Origin: Octopus sinensis
Lineage: Eukaryota
Direction of reading: 5' to 3'
Assembly: GCF_006345805.1 (NCBI RefSeq)
Contig: NC_043012.1
Span: 52,204,001-52,268,000 of the forward strand
DNA length: 64,000 nt
Position numbers and translations under genes: made by a program. Position 1 is the first letter of the stretch. Each line of letters starts with the position of its first letter. Positions 57,208-64,000 of the stretch are shown one piece after another. The notes beneath the pieces are model-generated. The model worked only from the letters and a program-made list of their open reading frames with translations, searched no databases and was not told the origin of the DNA.

Positions 57208-57421
57208 AATGATGCTACTACTAATGTTACTACTGCTGCTGCTGTTGCTGGTAATATTGTTGTTGCTACTACTACTAAATATATATTAGCGACAGAAGTA
57301 GTATTCATACCGCGAGCTAATATTTATCCCCACATAAATGTGGATGTCCTGTTAGAACAAACTATACTAATACTACTAACTAGTAGTAGTAGTAGTATTA
57401 GTAGTAGTAGTAGTAGTAGTA

Positions 57422-57456
<35 letters not shown>

Positions 57457-57479
57457 GTAGTAGTAGTAGTAGCAGTAGC

Positions 57480-57518
<39 letters not shown>

Positions 57519-57545
57519 TACAGTAGCAGCAGCCGCGGCAGTTGT
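57146..57545. repeat. Compound (ACT)n/(GAT)n/(AGT)n microsatellite
   Basis: Direct reading. Confidence 0.92.
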
Positions 57546-57681
57546 AGTTGTAGCAGGCACAGTCGTGTAGGTCTGTAGCTTACAACAAGCATCCCAACAT
57601 TATTACTAAGGGAACATGACTTCAACCACAAGTATCACTGCAGAGACAGCAACAACATATATTCAGAAAAAAAAAAGACAA

Positions 57682-58085
57682 ACTATAAAGCTTATGGCAA
57701 AATTAACCATAATGCCAAATCTTATAATGGTTATACAGCTGACACTAACATTAGGTATAAAACCAACACCAATAAACATTATGAAACGGACACAAATGGT
57801 AAATATAAAGTCGACATCATCAATAACTATAGAGTCTACACCAATAATGGTTATAGATCCGACACTATTTGAAACTATAAAATCGACACCAGTAAGGATT
57901 ATAGAGGTGACCCCAGTATTAAGTATGGAGTCGGCGCCAACTATGGAATTGACACTAATAATAACTGTAAAAGCGACACTAATAATAAGTATAAAGCCAT
58001 TATCCAATATCAACTATTAAACCGGTGCTAACTATAACCATAAATTTGACACGTATATAACTATACAACCATCACCAATAATAAT
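57682..58085. repeat. Diverged 24-bp minisatellite (~16 units)
   Basis: Approximate unit ATAAAGTCGACACCAATAATAACT recurs with 24-nt spacing. Confidence 0.75.
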
Positions 58086-58479
58086 CCTTTCTACTGTAGG
58101 CACAAGACCTATCAGTCATGGAGGGATGAAAGGAAAGAAGGATCTCGATGATATTTGAAATCAGGTTACAGCTGGAACGATACCGCATGGCAATCTATCA
58201 GCCTAGACAAAGCAACTAAGCTAGAAAAAGAAACTCGTACGTGATTTCAATGCTAGAAATATCAACACAATTACACCCAGGTTATATTTTACTGTAATTT
58301 AAAAAAGATGACCAAATTAATTAATATGCAGGTACAAAACCGAATTTCAGGACACTGGATGTCTGGAACCGCTTATAAACCGCAACACTTTACAAGCAGG
58401 AATTTCAGATACAGCCATCAAATTGCTTTACTGATACCTTCTGCAGGCTAGTACCTTGCATAATACAGTATTATTATGA

Positions 58480-58527
58480 GGAGACCCCACTTCGGTCATG
58501 AATGACCATGGGATTGTACCTAGAAAG
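58480..58527 (-). mobile_element. Isolated 3' tail of family D SINE or its partner LINE
   Basis: Reverse of CTTTCTAGGTACAATCCCATGGTCATTCATGACCGAAGTGGGGTCTC, matching ~59225-59267 and ~60385-60431. Confidence 0.75.
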
Positions 58528-58758
58528 AGAGGGAGAGAGAGAGATAGATCACAAACAGGCACACATATATTGAGGACATCGCGAGAATTTATAAACTTTT
58601 GAGAAAACCTAGAATAATACTTTTGAGAATTGATCCTCGTGTAAATATTGGAAATGTGCGATAATTTGCAAGGGTCAGTCATCAGTCCTTGCTAACCAGC
58701 AGGTATTTAGAACCCATTATTAACATACTATTATTCATTCCTTTATTTGTACTTCAAT

Positions 58759-59270
58759 GGAGGCGCAATGGCCCGGTGGTTAGGGCAGCGGACTCGCGGT
58801 CGAAGGATCGAGGTTTCGATTCCCAGACCGGGCATTTTGACTGTTTATTGAGCGAAAACACTTAAAGCTCCACGAGGGTTCCGGCAGTGGGGGGAGGGAA
58901 CCCTGCAGTACACTTTCACCACAACTTTCTCTCACTCTTTCTTCCTGTTTCTGTTGTACTTGTATTTCAAAGGGCCAGCCTTGTCACACTCTGTGTCACG
59001 CAGAATCTTCCCGAGAACTAGGTTAAGGGTGCATGTGTCTGTGGAGTGCTCAGCCACTTGCACGTTAATATATGAACTGCGACGTCACTGGTGCCAAGCA
59101 GTATCGGCCCCTTTGCCTTTCCCTTGGATAACATCGGTGGCGTGGACATGGGAGGCTGGTATGCGTGGGCGATTTCTGGTCTTCTATAAACAACCTTGCC
59201 CAGACTTGTGCCTCGGAGGGTAAATTTGTAGACGCAATTCCATGGTCATTCATGACCGAAGGAGGTCACA
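58759..59270 (+). mobile_element. Chimeric SINE: family C head/body plus family D tail
   Basis: 58759-~59068 mirrors 59368-59680, and ~59100-59267 matches 60262-60431. Imperfect TSD AT(T/A)TGTACT(T/G)CAA at 58745-58757 and 59271-59283. Confidence 0.85.
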
Positions 59271-59324
59271 ATATGTACTGCAAAAAAACTTCCTAAACAA
59301 AATTACACAAACACACTCATACAC

Positions 59325-59683
59325 GAGGGTTCCAGTTGATCCGAATCAACGGAACAGCCTGCTCGTGAAATTAACGTGTAAGTAGCTGAGCACTCCACAG
59401 ACACGTGTACCCTTAACGTAGTTCTCGGGGATATTTAACGTGACACAGAAAGTGACAAGACCGGCCCTTTGAAATACAGGTACAACAGAAACAGGAAGTA
59501 AGAGTGAGAGAAAGTTGTGGTGAAAGAGCACAGCAGGGATCACCACCATCTCCTGCCGGAGCCTCGTGGAGCTTTAGGTGTTTTCGCTCAATAAACACTC
59601 ACAACGCCCGGTCTGGGAATCGAAACCGCGATCCTATGACCGCGAGTCCGCTGCCCTAACTACTGGGCCATTGCGCCTCCACG
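59325..59683 (-). mobile_element. tRNA-derived SINE family C
   Basis: Minus head GGAGGCGCAATGGCCCAGTAGTTAGGGCAGCGGACTCGCGGTC..GGTTTCGATTCCC; TCATACAC repeated at 59317-59324 and 59684-59691. Confidence 0.88.
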
Positions 59684-59954
59684 TCATACACATACATACA
59701 CACAAGCTTACACAAATATACTTCTAGGTCATCGGCTGTGGCTCAATCACGTTTTCGCGTATTTCTTTGTTTGCGTTTCCTTAGGCATGCAGGGGCCTTT
59801 CATAGCTTGGTAGTCCCAATATTGTTACTGGGAAATATTGTGGAAAGAGATCACATTTGTTACTCGATGAAGGCTGGGGTTGAAGTAAACAGGTTCCTCG
59901 TCGTGACTGGTTATTTTCATTTCTTCATTTCTTCGACTAGAATATTCAAAATAC

Positions 59955-59994
<40 letters not shown>

Positions 59995-60110
59995 TGTGTG
60001 TGTGTGTCTGTGTCTGTGTTAGTGTGTGTGTGTCTGTGTTAGTGTGTGTGTCTGTGAGAGTGAGTGCGCACACACACAAATGCACACACACACACACACA
60101 CACACATACA

Positions 60111-60432
60111 GTGAACGCGCATGGCTCAGTGGTTAGAGCGTCGAACTTACGATCGGGAGGTTGTGAGTTCGATTCCCGGACCGGGCTGCGTGTTATGTTC
60201 TTGAGCAAAACACTTTATTTCACGTTACTCCAGTTCACTCAGCTGTAGAAATGAGTTGCGATGTATCGGTCCCTTTGCTTTTTCCCTGGATAACACTGGT
60301 GGCGTGGAGAGGGGAGGCCGGTATGCATGGGTGACTGCTGGTCTTCCATAAACAAACTTGCCCGGACTTGTGCCTGGGAGGGTAACTTTCTAGTTGAAAT
60401 CCCACGGTCAGTCACGACCGAAGGTGGTCTCC
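60111..60432 (+). mobile_element. tRNA-derived CORE-like SINE family D
   Basis: TGGCTCAGTGG A-box, GAGTTCGATTCCC B-box, TGTTCTTGAGCAAAACACTT...CACTCAGCTGTAGAAATGAG and terminal stem-loop GGTC(agtcac)GACC. Confidence 0.88.
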
Positions 60433-60800
60433 ATACGCACTCACACGCACATACACAAGCACATACATATTCACATGTGCACCAGCATGGCTACTGTCCA
60501 GTGATTGAGATTAGTAATGTGATATGTGTGTGTATATAAACTCGTATATATATATATATATATATATATGAATCTATGCATATGCATATATATATATATA
60601 TATATATAAATATATATTATATGTATGCGTACGTATATACATCATATGTGCATTGTTTATATACAATTACCTAATATACACATGTATATATATATGAATG
60701 TATGTATATACACATACATCTATATAAATATATATATATATATACATATATAAATATATATTATGCACTCATATATCTATGCTAATGTATGTATATATAC

Positions 60801-60831
<31 letters not shown>

Positions 60832-61213
60832 GCTGTACTTTCAGAGGATCATAATGCTAGTAAGCGCATTGCGGTTTTATTTTCCTAAGGAACTAAGGTT
60901 CGATAGATTTTTCACCACTCTACTGTGACATTTTCAATAATTTCAAATTCTGCCATTAATGCGACACAAACTGTATAAACTGTACTGAACAATGAAACTG
61001 TTTCAGGAGGAAAGTGCGTCTAGTATGTGTACCTACAGGCATCATGGAGTAATGTAAGCTTCAAAACTAGTTTAGAGATAAAAGGTTTGAGGAAGGAATT
61101 TGAAAACGGATTATTTGTATGTACATAAACACAGTACACACAAAAACACACACATATGTCGTCTATATAAAATTTATTTGAAAATATATAAGTACGTTTG
61201 GTATTACACACAC

Positions 61214-61448
61214 AAAAGGCGGCGAGCTAGCAGTCACGTTAGCACGCCGGACGAAATGCGTAGCCGTATTTCGTCTGCCGTTACGTTCTGGGTTCAACTA
61301 CCGCCGAGGTCGACTTTGCCTTTCATCCTTTCGGGGTCGATAAATTAAGTACCAGTTCCGCACTGGGGTCGATATAATCGACTTAATCCGTTTGTCTGTC
61401 CTTGTTTGTCCTCTCTGTGTTTAGCCCCTTGTGGGTAGTAAAGAAATA
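61214..61448 (+). mobile_element. SINE family A (tail type 1), intact, 12-bp TSD
   Basis: TATTACACACAC at 61202-61213 and 61449-61460; near-identical to 40929-41161. Confidence 0.92.
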
Positions 61449-61531
61449 TATTACACACACTGGCACACGCACACAAAGGCATACACACACACACGCACAC
61501 ACACACACACACACACATACATATATGTTCC

Positions 61532-61660
61532 TTTATTCTCTTACTTGTTTCACTTATCTCACTGCGGCAATGCTTGAAAGGTTTGAGTCAAAGAAATCGA
61601 CCCCAGAACTTATTTTATCGGTCTTTTTGCCGAACCGCTTGCGTTACGGGGACGAAACAT
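61532..61660 (-). mobile_element. SINE family B 3' fragment
   Basis: TTACTTGTTTCA...ATCGGTCTTTTTGCCGAACCGCT...TACGGGGACG. Confidence 0.7.
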
Positions 61661-62197
61661 ATCTAAGTTTTAACAGAGACCCGTCGGAGAAGGTGGCAGC
61701 TGCAGTGAGCGTCGTTGGCCAACTCCGCGGCAACACCATCGCAGCCATTACCGCAGGGCAAGGCTTGTCAAATCATTTTTCCTGTTATGTGGCCCATCAC
61801 TACACTCCCCCCTGCATCTTTTACTACTTAACCACACCTTCCACCATTTGTTTGTTGTCTTTCTTTTCCTTTCTTATCTTTCCTTTTTCCTGTTTCTTCG
61901 TATTCAAATCGATTAAAGAAAATTTCATCAAATTGTTTTCTCATCAGAAAAAAATACTAAGAGATGAACAGGTCAACAGACCTTGCTGATCTGGTTGAGC
62001 TTGCTGTCAGTGAGCATGCGACATTCGACCGCAAGAGAATGGAGGACGAGCCGGTCATTAATGGCAACAGTCGATTTGTCAACTTCTATCTGTTGGAAAC
62101 TAATTGAAACAATCTAAAATGGTTCGTTGTTAAAGAAAAATTATAAATAAATATAAATGTATGTGTGTGAGTGTCTGCGTTTGTGTGTGTATGTATG

Positions 62198-62239
<42 letters not shown>

Positions 62240-62241
62240 TG

Positions 62242-62272
<31 letters not shown>

Positions 62273-62291
62273 TCCTATACGCGTACATAAA

Positions 62292-62740
62292 AGGCGAGCT
62301 GGCAGATCAGGTAGCACGCCTGGCGAAATGGTTAGCAACATTTCGTCTGTTTACATTCAGAGTTCAAATTTTGCCGAGGTCGACTTTGCATTTCATCCTT
62401 TCGGGGTCGATAAATGAAGTACCAGTGAAACACCGGGGGCGATGTAATTGATTAGTCACCTCCCACAAAAATTCCAGGCCTTGTGCATATAGTAGAAGGG
62501 ATTATTATTAAGGTGCCGAGCTATCAGAACCGTTAGCACATTGGGCAACATTCTAAATAACTTTTTTTGTTAGTCCTTACGTTCTGAGTTCAAACTCCGT
62601 CGAGCTCAATTTTGGGTTTCATCCTTTCGAGGTTCATAGATCAAGTACCAGCCAAGTACTGGGGTCGATATGATTGTCTCTCCACACAAAAATCCAAACC
62701 TTGTGCCTACAGTAGAAGAGATTATTATTATTATTATTAT
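62292..62740 (+). mobile_element. Two head-to-tail SINE family A copies (tail type 2)
   Basis: 62292-62510 and 62511-62740, each ending GTAGAAG(G/A)GATTATTATTA. Confidence 0.85.
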
Positions 62741-63296
62741 TGAGTGAAAGAGCAGTTCATGCCATCAAAGTGACACTGGGGTAAAATATACGAAGCCCAA
62801 TATACCCATCATGACTACCCGTCTGATAAAGGTACACTAGGCACATGCATCACAACCATATGTGCGCGACATGGTGATCTCATATCAAGATAAACAGCAC
62901 ATGACCTTGCAGGTGGGGCCCAGTTAGAATTTTCTTCAGGTTGAGTAGCCCATCCCGCTCAAACGGTCCCTGAATAAGGGTTGTTTAAGGATGTTGAAAG
63001 AACCACCCATGTTTCCAGAGGTGAATTATTCAAATCCCAAAGAATCCCTCTCAACACATGGCTATGATGCTCCCCCACTACTTCTGCTCGTGATCAGAGA
63101 TGCACATATCGTCAGCCACTAAGGGACATGCTCAACTGGTTAAGGTCAAACAACTGACAAGCAAATCTGTGGTATTGAGCAGGATATTTGCTGTAGCCCA
63201 TCTTTTATACCAAGACAAAACAATGTACATGATAACACTTCCAATCAGTTAAGATCAGAAGCCATGAGAGCCACTGCCTGGTACTGCATCAGGGCA
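62741..63296. mobile_element. Unclassified ~556-bp repeat (family E), copy 2, embedded in (TTA)n
   Basis: Near-identical to 21003-21558; begins TG and ends CA. Confidence 0.85.
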
Positions 63297-63323
63297 TATT
63301 ATTATTAGTATTATTATTATTAT

Positions 63324-63464
63324 TTGAGTTTAAATTCTGCCGAGGTCGACTTTGCGTTTCATCCTTTCGGAGTCGATAAAATAAGTAGCAGTTACGCACT
63401 GGGGTCAGTGTAATCGACTAATTTCCTTCTGCAAAATTGCTACCTTTGAGGCAACATCTGAAAA

Positions 63465-63526
<62 letters not shown>

Positions 63527-63785
63527 GTGGTGGTGGTGGTGGTGTTGTTGTTGTTGTTGTTGTTGTTAAGGTGGCGAGCTGTCAGAACTGTTAGCACGTT
63601 GGGTGAAACGATTAGTAGCATTTTCCTCCGTCTCACGCTCTGAGTTCAAAATCCACCAAGGTTGAATTTGCATTTTATCTGTTCAGGGTCAGTAAAATTA
63701 AGTACCAGTTGTACACTCGGCTCAGTCTATTCAGCATAACCCCCATTCCCCGATATTGCTGGCATTGTGCCAAATTTTGAAGCCA
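63324..63785 (+). mobile_element. Two further SINE family A copies separated by (GTT)n
   Basis: Partial copy 63324-63450, (GTT)n 63468-63567 and a tail-3 copy 63568-63785. Confidence 0.78.
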
Positions 63786-64000
63786 CCACTATTATTAATA
63801 TTAATACATTTACAAAGAGCCAAAATCGTTGTCTGTTATACACACACACTGACGGTTACACACACGTATGGATGTGAGTCATTGTGTGTATATGTATACG
63901 TACATATATCCGTGTGTGTATGTGTGTGTGAATTCACATATTTTTTTTTGTTTCTATTTCTGTTTTTTTTTTCCTTGTAAACTCTTATTTTATTGGTAAG

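Noticed and set aside
57682-58085. CRISPR-like array
   Set aside because: Contiguous diverged tandem units with no repeat-spacer alternation; eukaryotic context and no cas genes.
58759-60185. tRNA-like sequences as real tRNA genes
   Set aside because: No proper acceptor stem or poly-T terminator; each runs into a repeated SINE body.

Overview
AT-rich, microsatellite-saturated eukaryotic DNA, most likely intergenic or deep intronic. The composition and the tRNA-derived SINE families resemble coleoid cephalopod (octopus-like) genomes; this is an inference, not a database result. I find no intact host protein-coding gene, and almost all supplied ORFs are translations of (TA)n, (TG)n, (GATA)n or trinucleotide arrays. 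The recognisable coding remnants are all transposon-derived: two mariner elements, a Tc1 element, a Helitron helicase with its 3' end, and RTE, CR1-group and Tx1/L1-clade LINE fragments. At least five tRNA-headed SINE families are present (A-D and H are my own labels), with clear module and tail swapping. The most notable signal is family H (5906-6359, 54053-54305). It has a tRNA-derived Pol III head, and its 3' tail carries a minimal Penelope-type hammerhead ribozyme. One copy has an inverted duplicated tail inside a 13-bp target-site duplication, which suggests a SINE mobilised by Penelope-like machinery. Further hammerhead-like motifs lie at about 12.9, 19.8 and 26.6 kb. One SINE tail variant matches the 3' end of a Tx1-clade LINE that sits inside a (GATA)n array. 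All alignments and folds were done by eye, so boundaries are approximate unless a TSD or TIR is quoted.
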